From positions 124,001-188,000 of IMG/VR virus record IMGVR_UViG_3300028592_000004: a stretch of DNA of 64,000 bases; one strand, written 5' to 3'. Below are positions 10,108 to 20,742 of this stretch, in pieces (position 1 is the stretch's first letter; each line of letters begins with the position of its first letter). The translations under genes were made by a program, and so were the position numbers. The notes beneath the pieces were generated by a model. It was not told where the DNA came from. It did not search any database and worked only from the letters and a program-made list of their open reading frames with translations.

Positions 10108-11727
10108 CTACGTTTCTACGAGCTTGCAGCCTGAGAAGGTCTCATTGTACAGCGGATGCTTCTCGATTGAGGTCTCGTCGGAGGTGTTCTCCTCCTCATT
10201 CCGCATGTAGCCGATATGGTAGGCGGTGCCGGCCATACCGCTCTCGGCATCGAGATAGACGGACACCCGCAGCACCGTCCCGAAGTAGTTTGCACCGAGT
10301 GCGTCATTGGCGATGAACGCTTCCGACGAACCTTCGATCTTCACCGTTGAGCCTGGGGCGATGTCCAGGCGGAAGGGACAGCTGATGCTGGCCTGCCGGT
10401 CGCGGAGTGTCTCGATCGCATAGGCCGTCTTGGCGTACTCGTCCAGGAACCGCTTGACCAGCCTGACGCGGTCGTTTGCCTTGTCCCTCGGAAGATCGGC
10501 AGGAGCGGTGCCGGCGCCAGGACTGTCGGTCGTTCCACGGAGCTTCTGCTTGCCGCCGGACGACTCCCCGGCAAACCGCGAAGCGGACAGAAGGCTGCCC
10601 ATCCAGCGGGGACCCTGCCGGATCTGCACCATGCCCTTCTCCCGCGGCTCGAACCAGCCGCCGACACCCAGCAGGCCCATGTCGACGATCGCGTCCATGC
10701 TCTGGTCGACGACCCCAAGCCGAGAGCTGATCTGCGAGAGGATTCCCATCGCCCGGAACGGTCGCTCGGACAGGAGCTGAGACTGGTTGACGTTGTAGGT
10801 GCCGGCCGGGATGTAGTCGAACTCCTTCCGGTAGCCCGGCACGAACGGCACGATCAGTCCACCCTTCGTGCGGGTGACGACCGAGAACATGTAGTCCTGA
10901 GCGAACCGGCCGACGATCAAATCCCAGAACGTGAAGCTCCCGATGTCGTCCGGGCTGGCCACCGTCAGGCTGATGTCCTGCATGATCTTCGATGCCAGGT
11001 CGTTGTCGAAGTCGATCCCGACGCCCAGCTTCTTGTAGTCGTCTCCGGTCGGCGCCAGCAGTGCAAGGCCCGCCGCGGCTCCGTCGTTCTTGCCGCTGCC
11101 TTTGAGACCCACCTCGTCGACGAAGATGGCATCGACTTCTGTCAGGTTCTGGAAGAAGGGATAGAGGCAGGAGCCCCACAGGTCCTCTTTGAGTTTGCCT
11201 TGGTCCACGTACGGCGCGGCGAGCGTGGATCCCGTCCAGTGGCGGGCACCGGTCCGGGTGTCCGGCATCAGAGCCCCGTAGGAGTAATGGGTGGGGTTCC
11301 GCGGATGGGACGAGTCACTGAAACAGGACGAGTTGTTCAGCTCGGACAGCTTATGCGTCAACTGAAGCGTGAACTCGGCGTGCGAGGCTTCGATCGCCAT
11401 CGTGTCGCCGACGCCGGCCGTCAGACCGTCGAACAGAAGGAACTCTCCCTCCGGGATGCCCAGGTCGACCTTACCGCCCGGGGAGAATGCCAGCCGGTCG
11501 AGCCGAGCATAGACCTTCGCTGGCAGCTGATCCCGGAGAGCAGTCGCGATGAGATGGACTTCGGACGGCTTGAGGCTTTGAGTGTCTCGACCAAGCGGCA
11601 GAGACACCGACGCGACCGGGATCCCGTTAAGGTCCCAGGACGCACGGACTCCTACGATCGGCAGGCTCTTGCCGTCGATCTCCATCCGACATTCGACCTT
11701 GCGGTAGACCCAATCTGTACTAGGCAC
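10108..11727 (-). CDS. Putative baseplate hub protein (gp27/gpD-like)
   Basis: Position after tape measure; C-terminal ..PFRLDIAPGSTVKI..G.V..V barrel pattern; GTG start after GAGGAG. Confidence 0.6.
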   Translation of the reverse strand: MPSTDWVYRKVECRMEIDGKSLPIVGVRASWDLNGIPVASVSLPLGRDTQSLKPSEVHLIATALRDQLPAKVYARLDRLAFSPGGKVDLGIPEGEFLLFDGLTAGVGDTMAIEASHAEFTLQLTHKLSELNNSSCFSDSSHPRNPTHYSYGALMPDTRTGARHWTGSTLAAPYVDQGKLKEDLWGSCLYPFFQNLTEVDAIFVDEVGLKGSGKNDGAAAGLALLAPTGDDYKKLGVGIDFDNDLASKIMQDISLTVASPDDIGSFTFWDLIVGRFAQDYMFSVVTRTKGGLIVPFVPGYRKEFDYIPAGTYNVNQSQLLSERPFRAMGILSQISSRLGVVDQSMDAIVDMGLLGVGGWFEPREKGMVQIRQGPRWMGSLLSASRFAGESSGGKQKLRGTTDSPGAGTAPADLPRDKANDRVRLVKRFLDEYAKTAYAIETLRDRQASISCPFRLDIAPGSTVKIEGSSEAFIANDALGANYFGTVLRVSVYLDAESGMAGTAYHIGYMRNEEENTSDETSIEKHPLYNETFSGCKLVET

Positions 11728-12490
11728 GCGTGCGGCGCTCCTCAAGACGATAGGCGTACGCCAGGATGAATCCGCTCAGCGCCACGACATCCACAGGGGA
11801 CTGAGACGCGTTGCGGAGTGACTCCCAAGGCTCATCATGTCCGACTCCGAACAGCTCCAGCTGCACGGGCTCCGGCACCTGCCGCATGATGCGGGAGATC
11901 TCGGAAAGGTCCACTTCGGGCCGAACGAGCTGCGACAGGACCCAGCTATCCCCCGTTGAGGCATTCTCGCTGATCCGAATGAACGTGGGCGACAGTGGTA
12001 GCTGAACCGGAGTTGACCAGCCATCTGGCTGAATGACTGTCAGGGTGGAGTCTCCGTCGATCTCGATCTCGAACAGGCCGGGCGTATCGTCCAGCAGACG
12101 GACGATCCACTGAAAGTCCATCTTGCCGCCGGTCTGCGTGTACGTCGGCGGCTCTCCATAGACCGTCAGCTTGGTGGCGTCTCCAACGTCGACCGCGGGA
12201 AGCGGCGAATCCCAGGTAGTCGAGATCTGCGTCGGGTCGTACGACACCCGGCTGTCCAGCTCTGCGACCAGGTCTCGCAGCGGACTGTAGTGGAGCAGCG
12301 ACATGAACTGCTGCAGCCGATAGTTCCGTGCGGCGCGATCGGCCTGACGTCCGAACAGGATCGAATCGACCGTTCGGAGAGCCGAGGAGCGAGTCACCGG
12401 CCGGAAGTCGACCGGAACGTACTCCTCTCCGTAACGACTCTGAGTCGTTCCCGGCAGGTTCAGCAGCAGCGTGCGAATGTGGTTGATCAT
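11720..12490 (-). CDS. Hypothetical tail/baseplate protein
   Basis: Start taken at MINHIRTLLLN (ATGA overlap with upstream gene); 256 aa. Confidence 0.6.
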   Translation of the reverse strand: MINHIRTLLLNLPGTTQSRYGEEYVPVDFRPVTRSSALRTVDSILFGRQADRAARNYRLQQFMSLLHYSPLRDLVAELDSRVSYDPTQISTTWDSPLPAVDVGDATKLTVYGEPPTYTQTGGKMDFQWIVRLLDDTPGLFEIEIDGDSTLTVIQPDGWSTPVQLPLSPTFIRISENASTGDSWVLSQLVRPEVDLSEISRIMRQVPEPVQLELFGVGHDEPWESLRNASQSPVDVVALSGFILAYAYRLEERRTRA

Positions 12491-12987
12491 GTTCCGGTCC
12501 CGCCTCCCGACGAGCGACGCTGCGGCATCGCGCTGAATTCCAACCCGAACTGCGCGATCCGGCTCTCGGGCTGGATGATGTTCACGCTGAGTCGGGTCAG
12601 GAAGCTCACGAAGTTGCCAGACGGCGTGGTGCCAATCTGGATGTTGATCGGGGTCGGGCGGCGGGCAATCGAGTTCCGGTCGTAGTATTCTGCCACCCGC
12701 TCGATGCCGGTCTTCGTGCCGTTTCCGGGACAGATGTCCGAGAAGGAGAGGCCCGCCACCCGGATCCGGCCGATCTTCTCTCCGAAGACGTAGAGATGGA
12801 TCAGGTCCTTGAGGGTATGAACGAACTTGAAGTTCCCCTCGCGCTCGATGGCCATCTGGGTGATGATGCTCTTCTGGACGAAGAACTGCCGACCACTCCA
12901 GCCGTCGAACGAGACAGGAACGGGGATGTCGCCCTCCGTGCGGAAAGCGACAGCTACCCCGGGCTGCGTTTGAAAGATCATCGCCAT
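12487..12987 (-). CDS. Putative tail-tube initiator / tube-like baseplate protein
   Basis: 166-aa beta-rich ORF directly after the tape measure gene. Confidence 0.55.
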   Translation of the reverse strand: MAMIFQTQPGVAVAFRTEGDIPVPVSFDGWSGRQFFVQKSIITQMAIEREGNFKFVHTLKDLIHLYVFGEKIGRIRVAGLSFSDICPGNGTKTGIERVAEYYDRNSIARRPTPINIQIGTTPSGNFVSFLTRLSVNIIQPESRIAQFGLEFSAMPQRRSSGGGTGT

Positions 12988-12989
12988 AG

Positions 12990-15900
12990 TTACTTGATCG
13001 GCTCGTAGCCGACGCCTCCTGTGACCCGTCCTGGGTAACGCTGACCGTTGATCTCGACCGTGATCGTCGTACCTTGAGCCAGCCGCACCGTCTGCGGCCG
13101 GGCAGTCTGGGAGTCGACGTTTTCCTCGTCTTTCGGACGAAGCGATTTGACTGTCTCGGAGATGTAGGAGCTGACGACCTGCTCGCCAGTTCCTTCACCG
13201 CCCTTGCCGACTTCGCGGATGCGGAGGAGCCCGGAGGCTTTCCGCCGGAGCTCATCGGCTTCTCGTCCCTGGACTTTGTCGACGCTGACGCCCTGGTCCT
13301 TGGCCATCTTGTCGAGGCGTTCCTTTGCTTCGACCGCCTGGTCCAGTTCGCGACGGGCTGCAGCGGCGTCTTCTCCGGATCCCAGCGAGTCAGCCAGCCG
13401 CTTCGCTTCCTCGTCGCTCATTCGCGATCCGGTGGTCTTCACGACACGCTCGATCGCTTCCGCGTTCAAGTCGTCGTCCGATCGCCGGTTCTTCGACTGG
13501 TAGTCCTTGAAGCGATTCCGCTCCTCTTCGGTCATCTTCGGTCGGGCCGAGGGATCGAGCTTCATCTTTTCCTTGACGGCTCGCATTCCGCTCGTGATTC
13601 GCTCCTGGATCGCGAGTGCCTCCTTGTCGCCAGAGGCCAACAGATCCTGCACCGAGTTGAAGCCCTTCTTGCGGGCCATCAGTTCCAGCTCCGAGTAGCC
13701 CTCGTATGCCTTCTGAACGAGATCGAAGCCACCGGCACCAAGCTGCTCAATGGACGCCTCGTCGTTGAGCATCTGGCTGACGAGCTTCTTGCCGGACACG
13801 AACTGATCCGCGGACCGGGTGAAGATGTCCTTCCCCTCTTCTGTGTCCTTGGACCCGGAGCGGACCCCGTCGAGCGTCCGCTCGCTTGCCGCCATGATCT
13901 CTTCGATGTCCTGCTCTCCGACTTTGACCTTGGTGTTGTAGCCAAGATTGCCGGCGCGATCGTCGTACCCGCCTCCACCGGCGAGCTTGAGAGCCAACAG
14001 GCGGCTCTTGAGTTCGGGCGGCGTGGTGGGGTTGCGGAGCAGGTCGTCGATCGAGTCCGTTCGCTTGGAGCCGTTCGCGTTCGGGTTCGCGGCGAGGTAC
14101 TCCTCCCGGACTCGCTCCGCTTCGGTCTTGGCAGCCTCGCCGCCGGCCCGCAGCGCCGACACCGAGCGGGAGATCGACTCCTGACGCTGGGCTCGCTTGG
14201 CGGGATCCTTCTCGGTGGCCGCAATGTTCTCGTACTCCTTCTGCAGGGCCGTCATCTCGTAGGCCTGCAGAGCCAGAGCCTCCCGGTCGCCAACCTTGCC
14301 TAGCTCCTTCGGGTCGATCTTCGCGATCCGCTTCATGATCTCGACAGGGTCCTGGACGTTCAGGATCTCCGCGATCGCACTGCCGAAGTCCTCAGTTGGA
14401 TTCTGGATGACGTCCGACAGCCGACGAAGCGGACCGGACTGTCCGAGCCCGGCGAGCGCCTTGCGCATTGTTGCGTCGACGCGAGCCTGCTGTGTCTGCA
14501 CCTGCTGCCGCTTCATGACTTCTGGATCCATCAGGTCCAGCATGTTCTGAGCGGAGTCGGCCCACTTGTAGGCCGGATCCTGACGAATCCGCTGCTCGAA
14601 GTCGCCCCATCCAGTGATCGCCGCGTCGAGGGCCTGCTGGTCCGTGATGGTGATGCCACGTTCAGCGAAGGACGTCTTGATCTTGTCGGCAAGGATCTTG
14701 TTGCGGCGCCCGGCCACACGGCGGTCCTCGGCCGACATCTCCTGCAGCGTCTTGGCGACAAGCGGCGAGACAGCACCGGCAGCGTTCCGGGCATCCTCGG
14801 TCGAGGCTCCCGCAGCTGTCGCGGCTCCGACGAGCCCAGCGTTCATCTCCTGAGCAATCAGCCGCTGGATGTCGCGACCTTGGAGCTGCCGGACAATGTC
14901 CGAACCGCCGAACTTGAACGTGTACTCCTGGTTGGAGTACTTGTCCATCAGAACGGAGTTTGCCGTCCGCGGATCGAGGCCAGACTGCTCAGCCAGGGCC
15001 ATCCACTTGGCGTTGTCCATGTCGACGGACATCTTCTCGCCGGTGATCGGATTCACGAACTCCGTCTGACCGTTGCGGATGGCGTCGGCCAGAGCCGCCA
15101 GCGGGGAGCCTTCCTTGAAGCCGCGCTCCTCGGCGAGCCGCATCGTGGCTCCGATCTGGTTGCCGACTGTGGAGTTGGCCCCGCGCAGCCGTAGCTCCTG
15201 ATCACGCATGGTGATCTCTTCGAGTGACTTCCGGCCCCAGGCCGAGATGTCCCCACGGCCGACGTCGCGGAAGGCCGCACCGAAGGCCGCGGCGCCCTGG
15301 GTGGCCGTCACGGCGAAGACACGGTCCAGGCCGATCTGGCTGGCCAGGGCTGCACCCTGAGCGGTCAGGCCGGTCATCGCCTGAATACCCATTCCGGTCT
15401 GCGTCGCCAGCGACTGCGTGGTTCGAACGATTCGCTCCATCTCGCCCGGGGCCATCGTCGCCAGCCCGCCCTGGGTGAGCATGTTCAGCCCTTCAATGAT
15501 CTCCTTCATGGGGGCGTTCGGGCGTCCCATGTCGCCAAAGATGTCCCGCATAGCGGAAACGACGCCGGCCATGCTCTTGAGCCGGTCAGTGTTGCGGCGG
15601 ACGTCGAACATTCGGAGGTTCGCGTCGAACTCAGTGGGTGAATCCCGCCGCAGCTGCTCGATCGTCTCGATCGGCTTCTTTTCCGAATCGGCCATCAACC
15701 GATTCTGCTCTTCGTTCGAGTACGTGCCGATCGACCGGCCCATCAGTCCACGGGTTTGCATCTCGTCGTAGAGCTGACCAACCTGCCCGCCGCTAAGACC
15801 CCGCCAGCTTGTGATGTCGGCGCCCGGTCCAAAGAACCGGGACTGGATCTCGCGGGCCATGAAGCCGGCGGACTCACCCGACATCCCGATCCGTCCGGTG

Positions 15901-16406
15901 ACCGGATCGACCGCGTACCGCCCACCTTGGCTCAGGTAGTGGGCCATGACCATCGCCGAACCGCGGCTACCGTGGAGCTGATCGGCCAAGTCTGGGGCGA
16001 ACTGCACCATGAATGGCATCAGCCCGCCGATGTCGCGGGCGACACCGGACGCGAGCCGTTCCTCCTCCAGACCCATGCGGGTGCCCGTCATCTGGGCTAT
16101 CCCGCGGATCATCTGGATGTAGGTCTGCTCGTCCGCCCCGCGGGCCATCTGGACAGCCTGGTTCCGCTGATTCCAGAAGTCTTTGACCCGCCACTGGTCA
16201 AAGACGTTCTGCATCGGCATGAACTGCGTTGGCATTCCGCCGCCGGTGAACGGCGACGCCAGCATCTGGGCAAGAATGCCCAGCAGCGGGTTACTTTGGA
16301 GGGCCGGAATGTTGAGGTCGAACGGCATCCCGGGCGCGTTGACCCGACCGAACATTGGCCCGACCGCCGACCGCGCCATGATCTCCTGCAGGAGCTGCTC
16401 GTCCAT
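12990..16406 (-). CDS. Tail tape measure protein
   Basis: 1138 aa, Ala/Gly/Gln/Met-rich helical composition, no Cys, between chaperone and baseplate genes. Confidence 0.8.
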   Translation of the reverse strand: MDEQLLQEIMARSAVGPMFGRVNAPGMPFDLNIPALQSNPLLGILAQMLASPFTGGGMPTQFMPMQNVFDQWRVKDFWNQRNQAVQMARGADEQTYIQMIRGIAQMTGTRMGLEEERLASGVARDIGGLMPFMVQFAPDLADQLHGSRGSAMVMAHYLSQGGRYAVDPVTGRIGMSGESAGFMAREIQSRFFGPGADITSWRGLSGGQVGQLYDEMQTRGLMGRSIGTYSNEEQNRLMADSEKKPIETIEQLRRDSPTEFDANLRMFDVRRNTDRLKSMAGVVSAMRDIFGDMGRPNAPMKEIIEGLNMLTQGGLATMAPGEMERIVRTTQSLATQTGMGIQAMTGLTAQGAALASQIGLDRVFAVTATQGAAAFGAAFRDVGRGDISAWGRKSLEEITMRDQELRLRGANSTVGNQIGATMRLAEERGFKEGSPLAALADAIRNGQTEFVNPITGEKMSVDMDNAKWMALAEQSGLDPRTANSVLMDKYSNQEYTFKFGGSDIVRQLQGRDIQRLIAQEMNAGLVGAATAAGASTEDARNAAGAVSPLVAKTLQEMSAEDRRVAGRRNKILADKIKTSFAERGITITDQQALDAAITGWGDFEQRIRQDPAYKWADSAQNMLDLMDPEVMKRQQVQTQQARVDATMRKALAGLGQSGPLRRLSDVIQNPTEDFGSAIAEILNVQDPVEIMKRIAKIDPKELGKVGDREALALQAYEMTALQKEYENIAATEKDPAKRAQRQESISRSVSALRAGGEAAKTEAERVREEYLAANPNANGSKRTDSIDDLLRNPTTPPELKSRLLALKLAGGGGYDDRAGNLGYNTKVKVGEQDIEEIMAASERTLDGVRSGSKDTEEGKDIFTRSADQFVSGKKLVSQMLNDEASIEQLGAGGFDLVQKAYEGYSELELMARKKGFNSVQDLLASGDKEALAIQERITSGMRAVKEKMKLDPSARPKMTEEERNRFKDYQSKNRRSDDDLNAEAIERVVKTTGSRMSDEEAKRLADSLGSGEDAAAARRELDQAVEAKERLDKMAKDQGVSVDKVQGREADELRRKASGLLRIREVGKGGEGTGEQVVSSYISETVKSLRPKDEENVDSQTARPQTVRLAQGTTITVEINGQRYPGRVTGGVGYEPIK

Positions 16407-16863
16407 TCCTCTTCCTTCCTTGGTCGCGGGATGCGTCGTTGTCGACGAGCCACTGCGCCGTCTGCTCGATCTTTCGCTGGACCTCCGGATCTTCCGGGTC
16501 GCCCCAGGCGGCTACCCAGGCATCGTACAGCCGCTTGTTGGCGGATTCTTGAGCCTGATCCGGAGACTCGAATGTATTCCAAGGGAAAAGAAGCTGCAGT
16601 ATCTGCTGCAACAGACGGTAGGACTCCTGATTCAGCTTCTCGACCGATTCCTCGGTCAGATTGTCCCGGCTGAGCAGGTTTCCGTTGCGGCGATGCAACA
16701 GGTCGTACATGAAGAGTCGTTGAGCTCGGGACTTCTCCGAGATCATCAACGACACCCTCGTGTACCAGCGTCGGTCTTGGGGATCGGCTTTTGTGAAGTC
16801 CAGTGTGCCATCGGCGGCACACTGGCACATCAGAGCGGCTACACGATCCCCTGCCAAAAATCC
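16291..16863 (-). CDS. Tail assembly chaperone -1 frame extension (gpT-like)
   Basis: Open -1 frame entered at G GAT TTT near the end of the upstream gene; precedes tape measure. Confidence 0.6.
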   Translation of the reverse strand, partial: GFLAGDRVAALMCQCAADGTLDFTKADPQDRRWYTRVSLMISEKSRAQRLFMYDLLHRRNGNLLSRDNLTEESVEKLNQESYRLLQQILQLLFPWNTFESPDQAQESANKRLYDAWVAAWGDPEDPEVQRKIEQTAQWLVDNDASRDQGRKRNGRAAPAGDHGAVGGRANVRSGQRARDAVRPQHSGPPK

Positions 16864-18092
16864 GGATCCTCCATGCGAGCCTCCAGCTTCTCGCACAGCC
16901 GCTGGAACCGGTGGAAGCACGCCCCGACAGTCCGGCGGATCGACTCGGACGTGAGGTAGTGCTCGTACATCGCCTTCGCCTGCTGAGGAGCCTTCGTCTC
17001 CTTGCTGGGATCGATCTCGTCGAACTCGTTCTCAGCGATCGGTGGCAGCTTCTGCAGGCCGGTCCCGCGGAGCGAGATCGAGTCGAGCGCCATCGCCATC
17101 CGGTAGTCGGTGACCTTCTGCAGCCACTCGGCCTGGGTCGCGATCCGGCCCTGACGGGCGTCGAAGGCGATCTGCTGCAGTGCCATGTCAGATTCGGTCG
17201 ACATGAGCGTGCGGAAGGTGACCTTCACAGCCCCGCCGAGCAGCGTGAAGGTCTTGAAGAACCGGACGCCACCGAGGACCGTCTGCAGAAAGTCCCGCTT
17301 CTCGTCGACCGTGGGCTCCGTTTCGTCCGGACGGGTGCTGTCCCAGCCGCAGTGCGGACAGAGCGGATTCTTGATACCGGTGCGGTTGGCAGCGTCTTCC
17401 GCCTCCTTGAGAACAGCAACGTCCTCTTCGACCGCCACCTGGGCGTGGGCCTTCGCCGCAGCGACCTGCTGCTGTACCGGCTCTCGCACTTCCGCGACTT
17501 CAGGAACGGCTCGCGGCTTGGCCTGTGCCCGACGAACAGGTTGCGGCGGGGGCTCCTCTTCCTCGTCTTCGACGACAACGATCTCCTGGAGCTCCATGTC
17601 CAGTCCAGCCTGAATCGCTTCGTTGACCCCGGTGCCGGCCGCTTCGACGAACTTCGCACCGCGGATTGCGGCGTCCTGCTGTTTTGCGAGGTTGACGAAC
17701 TGACGAAGTTCCTTCTGCTTGTCCGGTGTCAGTCGGCGGATATCGACCGGTGCCAGTTCACTGAGGTCGTCTGCTTCAGCCGATTCCGCAGACAGGATCG
17801 GCGGCGTGTCCGGCGCAACCGGCAGATGCGAGTCGTCGTCAGCGTCGGCGATCGCTTCACTCTGCAGCTGCTGAATCATGCTGGGCAAGTTACCGGGAAC
17901 GATGTCCCCTTCCTTGATGCCCAGCTTGGCCAGCTGCTCCAGTTCAAAAGGTGTGCGGCTCTTAGCCCGCACAACCCGGCCGGGCTGCATAGGCAGGCCC
18001 TTAACCGGGCCGGGAGCCTTCTGCGTCCGGCGGATCTGACCGGCTTGAGGTGTGGTCGATTCGGGAGGTTTGCTCTTCCGGAAATCCATCAT
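16839..18092 (-). CDS. Tail assembly chaperone (gpG-like) with long low-complexity N-terminus
   Basis: C-terminal domain with VTFRTL...E; CPHC motif; slippery site near the 3' end; position before tape measure. Confidence 0.6.
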   Translation of the reverse strand: MMDFRKSKPPESTTPQAGQIRRTQKAPGPVKGLPMQPGRVVRAKSRTPFELEQLAKLGIKEGDIVPGNLPSMIQQLQSEAIADADDDSHLPVAPDTPPILSAESAEADDLSELAPVDIRRLTPDKQKELRQFVNLAKQQDAAIRGAKFVEAAGTGVNEAIQAGLDMELQEIVVVEDEEEEPPPQPVRRAQAKPRAVPEVAEVREPVQQQVAAAKAHAQVAVEEDVAVLKEAEDAANRTGIKNPLCPHCGWDSTRPDETEPTVDEKRDFLQTVLGGVRFFKTFTLLGGAVKVTFRTLMSTESDMALQQIAFDARQGRIATQAEWLQKVTDYRMAMALDSISLRGTGLQKLPPIAENEFDEIDPSKETKAPQQAKAMYEHYLTSESIRRTVGACFHRFQRLCEKLEARMEDPDFWQGIV

Positions 18093-18098
18093 GGTCTC

Positions 18099-20693
18099 CT
18101 AAGTCAAAACGCGGTAATTGGAATTGAGGGGCTGCGCGGTGGGCGCAGGGAACTTCGGTTCTTCGTACTGAGTCTGGTTCGATTCTCGGTCTTTGGACCG
18201 GCCGTTCTGCAGATCAAACAGTGTGATGTCCTGGGTGTAGAACACCGGTTTGCTCGTGAGATTCAGGGTCCCCGGGTACGGATACTCGCCGCCGGACGGC
18301 TTCTCTGTCCAGACTGTTCCGATGCCGTTCCCGAGCCGAGCCATCTGCTGCCAACGGGACTCGAACATGACGAAGTCGCTCGTCATGTACTGTTCGACGG
18401 TTCGGCAGGTGAACTTCGTTGCGGAGATCGCACCGTCGTTTCCGGCCTGATTGTCGCCGTACCACTTCTGGTCGAGGTCCTTCTGCCGAGCTGCGTTTCC
18501 GCTCGTGACCTGCTGCTGCTCGACTTGATCGACCTGCTGCAGGATGTCGCGAACCTGCTGCAGCCCCTGGTTCTTGAGGATCCCGACCGGCGGATCAACC
18601 TCGGCGCCGAAAGCCCCTTCGATCGTCGACATCCCGCCGCGGTTCGCTACCGGGCCGTCGAAGAAGGCTCCTCCGTCCACGTACATCAGACTGCCGATGA
18701 CAGTGGCCGCGGACGAATAGAAGTTGACCTTCTCGACCGAGCCAGACCCGAACCGGTCCTCCGCGCTGATCCCGATGTACCGGGTGAACGTGCCGGAGTG
18801 AGTGACGATCTGCCCGTCGCCCCGAGCGGCGTCCAGAACGATCGAGCCCGACTGAACGTCTCCTCCGCCCGTTCGCAGGTAGATGTCTCCGCCCAGGAAG
18901 ACGATCTGACTTGACTTGGCCTTGAAGTGGATCCCGCCGGCTGAAACGTCTTCACCAACACCCTGGTAGTTCATGCTTCCGGAGGCGTTGTTCTCGACAA
19001 GGAAGCTACCCGAGCCGCTCTGACCGCTGGCGACGTGCACATTCCTCCAGCCGCGGAGCCGGACGTCGTTCTCAGTCGAAGAGACGTCGACCGAGTACTT
19101 CGCTCGCTGGATGATGTCGTGGCCTGCCAGCAGGTTCACGTTCCGCCCGGCTTCGAGCGAGATGTCTCCCGGGCAGGACAGCCGGATGTTGCCGCCAACC
19201 ATGCGGATCTCAGCGCCGTAGCCGTCCGCGTAGACCTGCCCGCCGTCGTCGAAGAGGTTGATCGACGATTCGTTTGGGAAGAACTCAGCCTGCTGCTTAC
19301 GGTGGTCGAGCCGAACCTGGACTGGAGACGGCCGGCTGATGTAGCTCTTACCGAGGAGTTCGCTGAAGTCGATGCTCTCCGTGACCTTGTTGAACTCGCC
19401 GTTATCGCTCTCTTCCGGAATGAAGAAGTCTTTCCGGTGGTAGTAGACGCCGTTGAGGTTCAGCCAGTTGAACAGGTGTGCGTGGACATCGAACAACCCG
19501 GCTGCCTGCTGCAGGTGCGGGTAGTCCCCCTCGTTCGCAACCCGATTGGTAACCTTGTGGTCCGGTCCCTCACCGTTCTGACCTGCAGCCTTGTAGTTGG
19601 AGGCCGTATCGCCGCTCGGATCGTGCGGCAGCCGGAGCCGTTTTGGAGCCGGGATTGGCAGACGCTTCGAGAGGAAGATGCCGCCGGCCGCGCGGACGCT
19701 GTAGTGGCCGTAGAGCCCCTCCTGCACCTCCAGCAGACCAAGCGGTGCGGACCGCTCTTCGTACTTGAACAGATCCCCCTGCTGCGGAGGGGCCTGGACG
19801 AGATGCTTTTGACCCTGGCCGATGTAGCCCTTCAGCTCAACGTGCCGGTGGAACGGCTGTTGCTTCTGATCGACTGGCTCCACGGAGGCAAAGTGGCCGG
19901 GGTCGAGCTGAACCTCTCGATCGGTCTTCTCTGTGGTCGTGGCCGTCTCCGGACGCAGCGCACCCATCTGCTCCCAGGGATAGGGCGTCACCCCGTGGTA
20001 GTAGAGGATCTCACTCTCGTCGTCGAGCATCTCCCGCACGTGGCCGGCGGACCACTCCTGAGAGTTCACGCCGCCCCAGCGCACGAGCTGGTCGTGATAG
20101 AACAGGAAGAAACCGCTCGATTCGTCGATCGCGAGTTGACCCATGAAGGAGTCGACGGTCAGACGCAGGCCGGTCTCCGTCATGACGCCGTATTCGTTGC
20201 CAACGACGTCTACAGGCCGGTTCGAACCCCAGTCGACGATCGCGCCTTCCTGGGTGTCGAGGACTGCGTTGATGCTTCGGTCGACCTGCACGCCGCAGCG
20301 GGAAGCGCGGGTGACCCAGCCCGCGAGCGATCGCGTGGGATCTGTCGCCGCCTCGGGCTCGACGCACACGATGACCCCGTACGTGATCTGCGGGTGCACG
20401 ATGCACCACACCATCGAGTTCGGCGGGATCGTCGTGATTTCTTTCGCGCCGAAGGGGAGCAGCCCTGTCGAGGCTCCCAGCACGCAAGGACGAATGCCAC
20501 GGCCGTTTTCAAGTGCGACCCGGTAGCAGTAGAGGCCACCGACCGAGCCCAGCACACGGCCAAACAGAAGCTCGGCTGTCCCGCTTCGAGCGGACTGGCC
20601 GACATTGAGCGGGTCACGGGCGGACTTGCCAGCAGCGCTCGGCCGCGACAAAAGACCAGCCCACTCCATCTCCACGGAGTGCTTGTCAGACAT
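18099..20693 (-). CDS. Baseplate central spike (gp5/VgrG-like)
   Basis: N-terminal OB-fold-like region and beta-helix repeats (GNIRLSCPGDISLEAGRNVNLLAGHDI). Confidence 0.7.
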   Translation of the reverse strand: MSDKHSVEMEWAGLLSRPSAAGKSARDPLNVGQSARSGTAELLFGRVLGSVGGLYCYRVALENGRGIRPCVLGASTGLLPFGAKEITTIPPNSMVWCIVHPQITYGVIVCVEPEAATDPTRSLAGWVTRASRCGVQVDRSINAVLDTQEGAIVDWGSNRPVDVVGNEYGVMTETGLRLTVDSFMGQLAIDESSGFFLFYHDQLVRWGGVNSQEWSAGHVREMLDDESEILYYHGVTPYPWEQMGALRPETATTTEKTDREVQLDPGHFASVEPVDQKQQPFHRHVELKGYIGQGQKHLVQAPPQQGDLFKYEERSAPLGLLEVQEGLYGHYSVRAAGGIFLSKRLPIPAPKRLRLPHDPSGDTASNYKAAGQNGEGPDHKVTNRVANEGDYPHLQQAAGLFDVHAHLFNWLNLNGVYYHRKDFFIPEESDNGEFNKVTESIDFSELLGKSYISRPSPVQVRLDHRKQQAEFFPNESSINLFDDGGQVYADGYGAEIRMVGGNIRLSCPGDISLEAGRNVNLLAGHDIIQRAKYSVDVSSTENDVRLRGWRNVHVASGQSGSGSFLVENNASGSMNYQGVGEDVSAGGIHFKAKSSQIVFLGGDIYLRTGGGDVQSGSIVLDAARGDGQIVTHSGTFTRYIGISAEDRFGSGSVEKVNFYSSAATVIGSLMYVDGGAFFDGPVANRGGMSTIEGAFGAEVDPPVGILKNQGLQQVRDILQQVDQVEQQQVTSGNAARQKDLDQKWYGDNQAGNDGAISATKFTCRTVEQYMTSDFVMFESRWQQMARLGNGIGTVWTEKPSGGEYPYPGTLNLTSKPVFYTQDITLFDLQNGRSKDRESNQTQYEEPKFPAPTAQPLNSNYRVLT

Positions 20694-20742
20694 TGTCGAT
20701 CCATCCCACCCAGAGGGTGACTTTTAGAGGGCACAAAGGCCC

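Noticed and set aside
12491-13255. N-terminal half of the 511-aa ORF 11720-13255
   Set aside because: Overlaps the tape measure and 166-aa genes out of frame; a coupled start at 12490 is more plausible
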